A stretch of 64,000 nucleotides of DNA from Candidatus Latescibacterota bacterium (lineage in GTDB: Bacteria; Latescibacterota; UBA2968; UBA8231), in contig CBDETK010000013.1 of the NCBI GenBank assembly GCA_965242865.1, positions 2,176,001-2,240,000 on the forward strand, written 5' to 3'. The stretch's first letter is position 1. Each line of letters opens with the position of its first letter. Positions 30,267 through 40,500 of the stretch are shown here, one piece after another. The translations under genes were made by a program, and so were the position numbers. Below the pieces are notes generated by a model. It was not told the origin of the DNA and did not search any database. It was given only the letters and a program-made list of their open reading frames with translations.

Positions 30267-31573
30267 GGCGGAATGTCGTCGCGATCATCGGGTCTGCCGG
30301 CATCATACCGTGCGAGCTCCGACGCACGATAGAGGCACTAGCCCGGGCCTTGGGCGACGCCGGCTTCGATCTAGTGACCGGGGGCATGGATGGCGTCATG
30401 CGCGCCGTGGCGCGGGGTCACGGCAGATCAACCGGCCACACAAACCTCGTCCACCTTGAGCCCGGCTGGGGACGCGCTTGGGAACGGAACCCGCACCCGG
30501 CGAGCGTCGTTCGGTCGGACTTGGGCTCAATGAGGAACCATCTGGTGATCCGTTCCGCGGACCTCGTCGTCGCCGTGTCCGGCGGCGCGGGTACGTTGAG
30601 CGAACTGGCGATCGCTTGGCAGGAGGGAAAGCCAATTGCCGCGATGCGCGCCTCGGGCGGCTGGAGCGAGAAACTGGCCGGCACGGCTCTGGACCGCCGG
30701 CGTGGGGAATCAATCGTGATGCCCTGCGATTCCGTAGACGATGTCGTGGCGTGGGCGGTGCGCCTCCGGCCCGAGGGCGTGTACGGGGGGCGGGTGAACC
30801 GAGGTTTCTATCCCCTTGAGGCCCCCGCACTGCATCGCATGCACGAGGGTACGCCCACCGAGGTGCATCAGGTGCATCTTCGATACGGCATGTCGATTGA
30901 GAAGTCCGAGCTCGTGCAGCGTCTAACGGGATTGAACCGAAGGGTTGAGGAGTGGAACCGAGAGCACGATGCCGCGACCGTCGCCTTAGTCACATTTGAC
31001 GATGGCTGGAAAGACGTGACGCTCCTCGCCGGCATCTTTGAGCAGTTCCCCTGCCTCTGCCCGGTCCTGTTCGTGGGCGAGAACCACTTTGCAAAGCCGG
31101 TGCGCCCCCTGCCATTGCAAAGGCTCTACCACCATTGCGCGGAGCGAGGCCTGGACCCAGAAGATAAGGCCGCGCTCGGTGGCGTAACTAGGACCGGGTT
31201 GAAGTCGTTGCCCGAGGTGGACCAGTGCGCTGCCTTAGACAGCCTCGGCATCAATCCTATGCTCGACCCAGAATGGCTGCTGAACGCGGAGGACATCGCA
31301 CACCTGAAGTCCGCTGGCTGGGTCGTCGCAACGCACGGCCACTGTCACGAAAATCTGGGGAAGCGGGACGGCCTCGAGAAGGAATTCGAGAGTCTCGCCG
31401 AAGCGGTTGAGGCCCGAGGGCATACGCCTTGGCTGGCATGGCCCGAAGGCCAATGGTCGCCCACGGCGTGGGAAGAGGCCCGCACAGCCGGGTTCCGCCT
31501 TCAGTTCGGTTTGCTCGCGCAACCGTGCGAGTCGTCATACGAGGGCATGGTGATGAGGGCGATCTGGCAATGA
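30263..31573 (+). CDS. LOG/SLOG (TIGR00725-like) domain fused to NodB-type polysaccharide deacetylase
   Basis: N-terminal VAIIGS, TGGMDGVM, MRN...SGGAGTLSE; C-terminal VTFDDG, THGHCH, AWPEG. Confidence 0.8.
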   Translation: MRRNVVAIIGSAGIIPCELRRTIEALARALGDAGFDLVTGGMDGVMRAVARGHGRSTGHTNLVHLEPGWGRAWERNPHPASVVRSDLGSMRNHLVIRSADLVVAVSGGAGTLSELAIAWQEGKPIAAMRASGGWSEKLAGTALDRRRGESIVMPCDSVDDVVAWAVRLRPEGVYGGRVNRGFYPLEAPALHRMHEGTPTEVHQVHLRYGMSIEKSELVQRLTGLNRRVEEWNREHDAATVALVTFDDGWKDVTLLAGIFEQFPCLCPVLFVGENHFAKPVRPLPLQRLYHHCAERGLDPEDKAALGGVTRTGLKSLPEVDQCAALDSLGINPMLDPEWLLNAEDIAHLKSAGWVVATHGHCHENLGKRDGLEKEFESLAEAVEARGHTPWLAWPEGQWSPTAWEEARTAGFRLQFGLLAQPCESSYEGMVMRAIWQ

Positions 31574-31641
31574 TCGCGGCGGTCTCGGTGCCCTTACTGG
31601 CTACACCGGTACAAGATAGACATTAGAACAAAGAGGAAACC

Positions 31642-32631
31642 ATGAAAATTCTCGTTACTGGAGCCGCGGGTTTCATCGGTTATCACCTGTTGCGCCACCT
31701 GCTGGAAACCGGCCATGACGTGGTTGCCATAGACAAGGTCCACTCAAACGAAAGGCTGGACATCTTGGCCCAGTATGAGAATTTCGACTTTCGGCATGGC
31801 AACATCGCAGACGGTTCCTTGGCTCAGGATGTCGGACAGGTCGATTATATCGTTCACCTAGCCGCTTTGGCGGATGTTCGGAAATCGATTGGACGGCCAT
31901 ATATCCAAGTACAACAGGATGTCCTTGGATATGTCAATCTGCTTGAATACGCAAAAACGTTGGCAGCGCTGAAGCGGATGGTCTTCATCAGTTCTAGTTC
32001 AGTGTACGGGATCGGCGGCGGATTTTCCGAAACATCCCCTACCATGCCGATTTCGCCATACGGGGTGTCCAAACTAAACAACGAAAACATGAACACCTGT
32101 TACAGTCACCTATACGGATTCCCGATCACCAGCCTCCGGTTATTCACGGTATACGGCACTTATGGTAGGAACAACATGGCGATCTGGAAATTTACCAAAA
32201 ACATCGCTCTTGGCCGGCCGATCACCCTATTCAATAACGGGCTGAACAAAAGAGACTTCACCTATGTCAGCGACGTCGTGGATGCCATACTACGGGCCAT
32301 GTTCGACGAGAAATCGACCGGGCACAACGTTTACAATGTCGGCACGGGAACCAGCATTTCGGTATTAGAGGTCGTGCGTATTATTGAAAATATACTCGGC
32401 AAAACTGCGACGATAGAGACTACACCAGCACAGCCCGGGGACATCGCGGCAGCTTGTGCGGATATCACAAAGATCAAACGGGATTTGGGCTATGCCCCAA
32501 CGATCAATTTCACCAACGGCTTGCGGATGTTTTCCGACTGGTTGATTGACAAATCTCAACGCCCACTTACCCCTCGCCGCGCCCGCCATACAAATCCCGC
32601 ACTCGGCTCACCACCACGGCCAACAGAATGA
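31642..32631 (+). CDS. NAD-dependent nucleotide-sugar epimerase (UDP-glucuronate 4-epimerase-like)
   Basis: TGAAGFIG, HLAA, SSSSVYG, YGVSK, FTVYG, RDFTYV. Confidence 0.92.
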   Translation: MKILVTGAAGFIGYHLLRHLLETGHDVVAIDKVHSNERLDILAQYENFDFRHGNIADGSLAQDVGQVDYIVHLAALADVRKSIGRPYIQVQQDVLGYVNLLEYAKTLAALKRMVFISSSSVYGIGGGFSETSPTMPISPYGVSKLNNENMNTCYSHLYGFPITSLRLFTVYGTYGRNNMAIWKFTKNIALGRPITLFNNGLNKRDFTYVSDVVDAILRAMFDEKSTGHNVYNVGTGTSISVLEVVRIIENILGKTATIETTPAQPGDIAAACADITKIKRDLGYAPTINFTNGLRMFSDWLIDKSQRPLTPRRARHTNPALGSPPRPTE

Positions 32632-33526
32632 TCGACCCCAAAAACGCCTGTTCGTAATAGACATTGGCTTCCAGCATCACCAAGCCGTTCTTGATGAGGA
32701 CGATGATGACCGCCCCCAGCAGCAGGCCCAGCGCTGAGATGCGCCCGCCCGACAGGCCGGTTCCGCCGACAATGGCCACCGCAAAGCTGGTTATCAGCCA
32801 GTCCTTGCCCGTCGCCGGTTGCGCCGAACCCATCCGCGACACCCACAACACCGCGGCCAGCGCACCCACTCCGCCCGACAGCACGTGCGACCACAGGACC
32901 AGCCGCTCGGTGTGGATCCCGGCCAGCCTAGCCGCTTCCCGATTGCCCCCGGTTGCCAACAGCCGCCGGCCAAAGACCGTGTGCCGGAATGCGTAGTGCG
33001 TCGCCAGCAGCACCAACCCCATCGTCCAGAACAAATTCGACAGCCCCAAAAACCTCTGCCGTCCCACAAACGTGAACGCCCGCGGGATGTCCGTGTAGGC
33101 GTAGCCTTCGGAAAACCCATGCACGAGGCCGGTAAAGACAAAAAGCGTCGCCAGCGTGGCGATAAAGGAATTGATCTGCAGCCGCGTGATGATGATCCCG
33201 TTGACCCACCCGGCCGCGCTGCCGATTCCCAACGCCACCAGCGCTGCGAACCACCCGGGCAACCCCAACACCTGAATGCAGTACCCGGTGGCGATGGTGG
33301 CCAAGCCGCCGATGGCCCCGACGGATAGGTTCATCCCCCCGCCGACCAGCACCACGGCCTGCGCCAACGCCACCAACGCGGAGAACGCGACGATCCGCGA
33401 GATATTGAAGAGGTTGTACGCGGACAGAAAGCTCTCCGAGCTGAGCGCACAGCCCACAAACAGCAACCCGGCCGACAAGGCGATTCCCGCGTCGTTGTGC
33501 CGCATGAGTCGGCGTAGGCGTTTCAT
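32567..33526 (-). CDS. Sugar ABC transporter permease (RbsC-like)
   Basis: GGMNLSVG, FIATL, GRRLLATGGNREAARLAGI, AVAIVGGT. Confidence 0.92.
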   Translation of the reverse strand: MKRLRRLMRHNDAGIALSAGLLFVGCALSSESFLSAYNLFNISRIVAFSALVALAQAVVLVGGGMNLSVGAIGGLATIATGYCIQVLGLPGWFAALVALGIGSAAGWVNGIIITRLQINSFIATLATLFVFTGLVHGFSEGYAYTDIPRAFTFVGRQRFLGLSNLFWTMGLVLLATHYAFRHTVFGRRLLATGGNREAARLAGIHTERLVLWSHVLSGGVGALAAVLWVSRMGSAQPATGKDWLITSFAVAIVGGTGLSGGRISALGLLLGAVIIVLIKNGLVMLEANVYYEQAFLGSIILLAVVVSRVRDLYGGRGEG

Positions 33527-33538
33527 CGTCGCAGCGAT

Positions 33539-34726
33539 CTACTCCTCGCGTCGCCGGCGTTGGGATTCCATCCAGAAGTACAGCGCGTGCAGAAGGTTGG
33601 GGAAGCGGTAGCCCCCGCTGACTTCGGGATCTTTTTCCAACGCTCCCAATTTTGTCATGCGGCGGAGAAAACTGTCCAAGCCCTTTTTCTCCTCAGCCGT
33701 CAGGAGTTTTTGCAGCTCCGCCCGCCGGAAGTGGGTTCTAGGCTCATCCGCCATTTTGCGGAGGATCGAGTGGTATCTCTCGCTGCGGATGGCACTAAAT
33801 ATCTGCGGGGTCAGCAGTTTCCGCCCGATGACTTCAGCGGCTGTGGAAATACCTTCCCATACCTCGTTCTTCTCGATGGTCGGGCCCCGAGCGGTCCGCC
33901 AAACCGCGTCCCCAATTTCGTGCGCCAAGACCGGCAAGCCGCCGGTAAACTGGGCCAGCCCCTTCAGCGACTCTTCGGATATCTTCGCCCCGCCAGCGTC
34001 AAACGATTGTCGGTAGAATTGCGAGACCTCGTCATCCGACCAAGGAGCGATGTCGATCAACTCGAAGACGCGAGCCAGCGACGGTTGCTTCCCCGCCAGT
34101 TCCCGCCGCCTCTCCTCAAGCCCTACCACGACAATGCAGAGGCGAATTTCCTCTCGAGCAGTCGCGATCGCATCTACGGTGCTCTTGAGCCAGTTGGCGA
34201 AACTCTCCGAGTTGGCCAGTCCATTGATGTCGTCGAGGATCAGAAAGAGCGACTTCTTGTGCTCCTTGATGCTCTCCAATAGCTGCCTCACCGATGGCAC
34301 AAAGTCGCGTTCCATGGCGGACAGGTCCTGCTCCGCGAGATTCAACTCAAGCGTTACGCCAAAGAGCCCCACCTTGCTGACGCGATTGCCGAATAGGTTT
34401 ATGAGTTGTTGATGCCAAGACTTGTCGATGCTCTCTTTCAGGATGCGGTCAAAGGTCCGGCGCAGCATCTCCCGGAGCTCCTGAACGCCTCCGAGGAAGA
34501 CGTGACACCCGGCCACGTCGTGGTCGCTTTCGACCAAGTGGCGAACAAAAGCAACGAGGGAGCTTTTGCCGATACCCCGCTCGCCGCTGACAAAGCCGAT
34601 CTTGAAGCGGCCTTGCGCACTGGCGTTGACCATGCCGCGCAGCCGCTCTATTTCGGGGCGGCGTCCGACAAAGAACTCAATCGGCACGGGTTGTCCGGGT
34701 CTGAACGGACTAGATTCAGGAGTCAT
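33539..34726 (-). CDS. AAA_16/archaeal-type P-loop ATPase with probable C-terminal wHTH
   Basis: SPFRPG..FVGR..E, Walker A GERGIGKS, Walker B LILDD, TGGLP. Confidence 0.8.
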   Translation of the reverse strand: MTPESSPFRPGQPVPIEFFVGRRPEIERLRGMVNASAQGRFKIGFVSGERGIGKSSLVAFVRHLVESDHDVAGCHVFLGGVQELREMLRRTFDRILKESIDKSWHQQLINLFGNRVSKVGLFGVTLELNLAEQDLSAMERDFVPSVRQLLESIKEHKKSLFLILDDINGLANSESFANWLKSTVDAIATAREEIRLCIVVVGLEERRRELAGKQPSLARVFELIDIAPWSDDEVSQFYRQSFDAGGAKISEESLKGLAQFTGGLPVLAHEIGDAVWRTARGPTIEKNEVWEGISTAAEVIGRKLLTPQIFSAIRSERYHSILRKMADEPRTHFRRAELQKLLTAEEKKGLDSFLRRMTKLGALEKDPEVSGGYRFPNLLHALYFWMESQRRRREE

Positions 34727-34775
34727 GTTACTTTTTCCTTTTTGGTGATTAGGCGGCACTAGCCGCCAGCCATCG

Positions 34776-36284
34776 TCAGTTTAGGTGGCGGCCGATGCGG
34801 CGGCTTATCGCGTCGTAGCTCAACCCCCGCTCGTGGATCTCGGCGACCTCGTGGACGATCTGCTTTTCCTTAAAGACGAGTATCCGCCCGGCCAAGCCGA
34901 TGAGCTCGGGCATGTCCGACGAGATCAAAACGATGGCCTTGCCTTCTTGGGCCGCCAAGTCCCAGAGCAAGCGGTGAATCTGGGCCTTGGCTTGGATATC
35001 CACCCCAACGGTCGGCTCATCGACGATTAGGATGTCGCAGCCGGCCGCCAGCCACTTGCCCAAGCTGACCTTTTGCTGATTGCCGCCGCTGAGGTGGCTG
35101 ACCGCCTGGTCCAAGCCGGGCGTGCGAATATCCAGCGCGGCGACCATGGCCTGCGCGGCTTGTGCCTCGGCTCGGTCGTCGATCCGGCGGGTGAACGTGC
35201 CGACGATCCGCTCCCATATCGTAAGGCCGAGATTGGTCCGAACGGCTGCGTCCAGCAGCAGGCCCTCTTCTTTGCGGTTTTCGGTTACGTAGGCCATCCT
35301 GTATTTGTACAGGCTGTCGGCCACTGAGCGGATCCGCGCTTTGACGCCGTGGATATAGACGGCCCCCCGCTCGGCCGGCTCGGCCCCGACCAGCAGCCGC
35401 GCCAGCTCGGTGCGCCCGGCCCCCACCAAGCCGTACCAGCCCAAAATCTCGCCGGCGTAGAGCGAAAAACTCGCGTCGTGCGCCCGGCCCCGCGCGTACA
35501 GCCCTTCGGCCCGGAGCACCTCCCGCGCCCGGTCCACCACGGGCCGACCAAACGACGCGGTCGCGGCCGACCGACCGATCATCATCTCGATCAACTCGGC
35601 GCGCGGCAGCCCGGCCAGTGCCCTCGTACCCACGTGGCGGCCGTCCCGCAACACGCTGACTTGGTCGCCGATTTGATAGACCTCGTCGAACTTGTGCGAG
35701 ACAAAGACGATGGCTACCCCCGCCTCCTGTAGCTGGCGCAAGATGCCAAAGAGCCGGGCCGCTTCGTGCTCGGTAAGCGACGACGTGGGCTCGTCTAAGA
35801 GCAGGACGCGCGCTTGGGCCGACAGCACCCGCGCAATCTGCACGAGTTGCTTGTGCGCCGCGCTCAAACCGCCAATCGGAGCGTGCGGGTCGAGGTCGAG
35901 GCCGACCCGGGCCATTGCCGCCCGCGCTTGGTCGTCGAGGCGCGGCCAGTCGAGGCGGCCCCATCGGCTGAAGGCGTCTAACTTGTCGAGCATGATGTTC
36001 TCGGCCACGCTGGCCTCGGGCACGACCGCGATCTCTTGGGGGACGAGGCCAATGCCGCGGTCGAGGCAGTTGCGACGGTTGCGGACGCGCAGCCGTGCAC
36101 CGCCCAAGCGCAGCTGCCCGGCGTCGGGCTGGTATATCCCGGTGACAATTTTGAGTAGGGTGCTCTTGCCCGCGCCGTTTTCGCCGACCAAGGCGTGAAT
36201 TTGGCCCGCCTGAAACGAGAGCGACACGTCGTCGAGTGCTTGGACGCCGGGGAAGTGCTTGCTGATGGATTGGAGTTGTAACAC
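34776..36284 (-). CDS. Sugar ABC transporter ATP-binding protein (RbsA-like, tandem NBD)
   Basis: GENGAGKST, LLDEPT, LSGGNQQK, DEPTVGVD. Confidence 0.94.
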   Translation of the reverse strand: MLQLQSISKHFPGVQALDDVSLSFQAGQIHALVGENGAGKSTLLKIVTGIYQPDAGQLRLGGARLRVRNRRNCLDRGIGLVPQEIAVVPEASVAENIMLDKLDAFSRWGRLDWPRLDDQARAAMARVGLDLDPHAPIGGLSAAHKQLVQIARVLSAQARVLLLDEPTSSLTEHEAARLFGILRQLQEAGVAIVFVSHKFDEVYQIGDQVSVLRDGRHVGTRALAGLPRAELIEMMIGRSAATASFGRPVVDRAREVLRAEGLYARGRAHDASFSLYAGEILGWYGLVGAGRTELARLLVGAEPAERGAVYIHGVKARIRSVADSLYKYRMAYVTENRKEEGLLLDAAVRTNLGLTIWERIVGTFTRRIDDRAEAQAAQAMVAALDIRTPGLDQAVSHLSGGNQQKVSLGKWLAAGCDILIVDEPTVGVDIQAKAQIHRLLWDLAAQEGKAIVLISSDMPELIGLAGRILVFKEKQIVHEVAEIHERGLSYDAISRRIGRHLN

Positions 36285-36300
36285 GACGATTCAGCCCGCG

Positions 36301-37596
36301 TCAACAAGCGGTCATTAGGCCCGCCTGATACCCGCGCCGTACTTCTCGGCAGAACCTTTCGTAGTCGTTTAGGGCTATGGGCCGGTAATGGGCTAAATCG
36401 TTGCGGATCTGCCGCGACCAACGCGCTAGACGGATCCACCGCCGTTCCCGCTCGAGCTTCGGACAGTACCGCAGCAGTGCTTCGAGATGCCCCCACTGAC
36501 AGGCAAAGGGCGTATCTCGCACGGCCTGCTGTTCGGCGTCGAGCTCTGGTTCTTCCCACCGATAGGGCCAATCCGGGCCATACCGCTGGTTGAGGTGGGC
36601 ACACAACGCCAAGCGCGCTTCGTCGATTTGGGGCAGTAGCAGCCCAGCCTGACCGCGCCATAAGCGGTGGTCTAAGGCTTCTTGGCGGTCGAGTTGGGCC
36701 AAGACCGCGCTGTGGCGTTCTAGACCGCGTTCTAGCGTCCAATGCACCATTCCCCGGGCCCAGCTTTGATACAAAGGAGCGGGCAAGGGCCAGCCCTCTG
36801 GCCGCGTCCCTTCTCGGGGAAAACCTTCCATCGACGACGCTTCCAACTCGGCCTTGGTCCAGCCGCGTTCCTCGGCAAAGACCCGCAGCACGTCCGTCAA
36901 CTCGGCACCCGTGCTATACTCTTGAACCCACAAGTAATCGCCCAAGCATAGATCCGATCCGGCAAGGGCTGGAATCACAGACTCTTTCCAGCGGCTCAGG
37001 GGCGTGGAATCCTGCGCCGCGGCCAGTTGACACAACAGCCGCATTTCCAAGGTCGTGGGGATGCCCCACCAGACGTGGACCGCCAACAACACATTGGTCG
37101 AAGGCGGCGGAGGCGGCACCTTTGACGCTTGGGCGAGCAGACACAGGGCCGGCAGGATTTTGCCGCCCTCTTCGTCGGTCGAGTGCCGGCCTTGGCACAC
37201 TTCAGCCCACTGCACCATAAACCGCAGCCAACGCCTTCGGTCCTCTTCAGCCAATTCGTCAAACCCATCGAGCAACAGGATTTCGGGCAGGTCCGCTTGG
37301 CTGAGGAGATTCGCTAGGGTGCGCGGCGCGGTGGAAGTGCCCCAGTCTATGCCCAGCGTGTGGGCCAACGCGGCCGCGGGCATTTGCGCGTCTAATTGGG
37401 GGACGAACACCTCGTGGAGGTGCAAATCCCAGCGTTCCAAACCATTCAATACATCCAACCGCAGCGGATTGGAATCCACGCCTTCGGGCAGCAAGCCCAA
37501 TACACTGCGCCCCGCCCGCAAGTCGTCCAACATCCGACCGAGCAACTGCCGCACCGTGGGCATCTGAATGAGGGAGGTCGCCAGTCCCAAGCTCAT
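36301..37596 (-). CDS. Hypothetical protein, possibly a degenerate P-loop; partner of the large ATPase
   Basis: ATG at 37596 overlaps the upstream stop (ATGA); LRAGRSVLGLLP, ILLLDGF, IRNDLAH. Confidence 0.7.
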   Translation of the reverse strand: MSLGLATSLIQMPTVRQLLGRMLDDLRAGRSVLGLLPEGVDSNPLRLDVLNGLERWDLHLHEVFVPQLDAQMPAAALAHTLGIDWGTSTAPRTLANLLSQADLPEILLLDGFDELAEEDRRRWLRFMVQWAEVCQGRHSTDEEGGKILPALCLLAQASKVPPPPPSTNVLLAVHVWWGIPTTLEMRLLCQLAAAQDSTPLSRWKESVIPALAGSDLCLGDYLWVQEYSTGAELTDVLRVFAEERGWTKAELEASSMEGFPREGTRPEGWPLPAPLYQSWARGMVHWTLERGLERHSAVLAQLDRQEALDHRLWRGQAGLLLPQIDEARLALCAHLNQRYGPDWPYRWEEPELDAEQQAVRDTPFACQWGHLEALLRYCPKLERERRWIRLARWSRQIRNDLAHYRPIALNDYERFCREVRRGYQAGLMTAC

Positions 37597-40500
37597 GGCG
37601 TGCCAACCACCCGCCCCAAAACGGCCTCGACTTGGTACGCCCCGTCCCTTTTTTCGAGGCATCCGAGGCGGTACAAAAGCTCCACAGCCGCTTGGCAGTC
37701 CTCCAGCGAGAGCGGCCCTTTGACGAAATCTACCAGATCCGCTAAGTCCTCTTCTGATACCTTGGATTTGTACTCCACTAGCGTCTGTAGGACCCGGAAC
37801 GGCTCCACTGGGGTAGAGAAGCCGAGCTGCTGTACCAGCTTGGAACCTAACGCGGACCCCGGCAGCTCCATCTTCGCGCAATCCCTCGGGTCGTTGAGGT
37901 TGCCGCACCGGCGCAACAGCTCGTCGAGCAATGAAGACCATCCCCCGGTCGCTTGCAGGACCGCCGCGCAACACTCGGGCAAATCGAGCTTCCCGGCTTG
38001 GTCCAGCCGCTGCCGAATTCCTTCTGCATCCCAGCGCCGCAAAAAAATCAGGTTTGCTTGGTCTTCCAAGGCAGTGCGTTTAGGGGACTTCAGCCAAGCC
38101 CAAGAAGCGGCCGGATCAAACATAAAGACCACCTGTCGAGGCCGTTGACGTTTTTTGTTGCGGCTGTTGTGGCTACTCAGGACATCCCAAACAAATTGGG
38201 CCATATTGCCCCCAGTGCCTCGGATCGGGCGATAGAACAACGATTGCTGCTTGTGGGTGTGCGAATCCAACCACTCGACGGTCTGATTCGGCCATTCAAT
38301 GCCCCCCACGCGCTTTAAGGCTTGTATTAAGACATCCAACCCTAGGGCGGCGGAGCCAAAAATTAGGCTCACCCCCGATTGTTCGGGTTGCAGCAACCGG
38401 CCTTCCTGCACCAGCGTCAAGGGGCTGTACAGGAGCTTTGAGGCATCTAATAGTCTATGCTGACTTTCGGGTATCGATGGGCGCGGCGGATGAATATCGA
38501 GCTCCAGCAGGCGATTTTCGATGTCCTCTTCAGTGCCCATCAGACGAACCAAGTTGGGACTACGCAGCGAGTACTTGTTTTCTACGTTGCACAGCAGGAT
38601 GCCTAACCCGACCATTTCGCCGAGCAACCCCCGCAAGGCTTCGAGGTCGAGGTCGTTGAAGCCTTGCGGGGACCACTCCCGGGCCAATTTTTGCAGCTCG
38701 GCCACGCTGAACGACCGAGCATAGCTGTCCGGGGTCTCCTTTTGTTCGTGAATCATGGCCCAAGCAATGCACTGATAGCGGGAATCGAGCGCGAGCGTCC
38801 AATCGAGCCGCTCGCGGATGACCGCCCGCGTTTGCGGCAGGCGATATACCGCATCTACATCGTCGAGTTGCACCTTGTAGGGAGGGCTTGCCGAGCGTCT
38901 TTGGGTTTGGAGGCGATGGAGCAGTTCGCGGCAAAAATACTGGATCAAACCCGGATGGTAGTTGGTGTACGACAGGACCTTGAGCACCGTGGTTTCATCG
39001 GCGAAGCGATAGCCCAGCGTCTTCAGGGGCTCGCGCACCAACTCCCGCGCCGGACGAGCTTCGAGGGGACCGACCAATAGGTTTTGGCCGAAATGGGCGA
39101 GGGGCTGATTGGCGATGTTCTTGAACCGCTGGACATCGTGCAGCCCGGCAAACACCACCCTGAAGCGCGACCCGGTGTCTTGGATCAAGGTTCGCAAGCG
39201 GTCCACTTCGGGGAAGCCCCTTTTGGCATCGGCGTCGAGAAAGCGATCGGCTTCGTCAAACAGGACCAGAACCTGCCGTTGCGGCGCTTCCGCCAGCGAC
39301 CGCTCGATGCGTTTGATGATGTTGTCGGGCTGGTTGGCCGTTACGCTGCCTTTTATGAGCTGGTGTTTCTTAAAGCCCTCGCGCAACTTGATCCACAAAG
39401 AAGCGGGCTGTTCGCCGGCAAGGGGGTCGTCGCCCACGAGCTTGATGTCCTCGACCCACGCGAATTGATCGCGGTCGGGCTGGTGAAACTCGCGCTCTAC
39501 TTGGCGCAGCAAGGCGGATTTGCCCAACTGACGCCCCCCGAATACGATAGAGCCTTCCGCGTCTTGCAACTGGCGGACCATGTCGCCGCGGCCATAAAAC
39601 ATCTCGGGCGGGACATTGCCCGCTTGGAACGGCGTGTAGGGATTGAGGGCCGCGTAGGGCAGGCTACAGCGCAGGAAGGCGGGAAGGCGCGTGTCGTCGA
39701 AGCGGGTCAAAAACGCGAGCAGGACTTCGTCGAGCACGACCAACGCTAGGCCGCGTTCGCGCGCCCGCCGCGCTAAGGAGTGCCGGCGATGCGCGGTCAA
39801 GCGCCCTAAGAAGAAAATCAGGACCGTCTTGGCGTCTAGCCCCAACTCGCGCAGGAAAGCGCCGATGGTGTCGGCGCCGGGCCGCTCCCACAGACACACC
39901 ACGTTATACCGGCCATGCGCTTGCGAGCCCAGCTGCGGAATGGGTCGGGCCAAGTCGCTGGCCGAGGCTTCTACTGTGCAATAGAGCCCGTCTTGGCCGT
40001 GCTTTTCGACCCGCACCGCCGCCTCTTCCCGCGATACGTGGAACCCCAAGAACTCCAACAAGACTCGGATGGGCCGATGGATTTTTTTCGGGTCTCCCGG
40101 TTGGCGCTTGAGCCGGTGCCAAACGCGCAGGGCGGCGACGGCCTCGCTCCGCCGCACTTGCGGCAATTCGCCAAACTTCACGCCGGCCCAAGTTTGGCCT
40201 TGCTCGATCCATTCGGACAGTTGATCGACGTTCTTGTCGCGCAGCCCGGATTCGATGCCGCGACAAGCGTCTTGAAACTCCTCAAAGACATCGCGCTTGT
40301 CGGTCGGGGTAAACCACTCGCTCTTCCATTCGCTTTCGCCTTGAGCAACGCCCCGCAAGAGGGCCAAACTCTCTTCCACGACCCGGGTATCGCACTGCCG
40401 GATCGCCCGCCGAATAAACGCGTCGGTAGCTTCGAGGCGCTCGGGTTGGATGCGCTGGGCTAGACTGCGCCGCATTTTTCGCCATTGAGCCGCTAACTCT

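Noticed and set aside
23465-31573. Canonical nodABC/H cluster
   Set aside because: The GT2 lacks NodC transmembrane helices and the QxxRW motif, and there is no NodA; kept only as a functional analogy.
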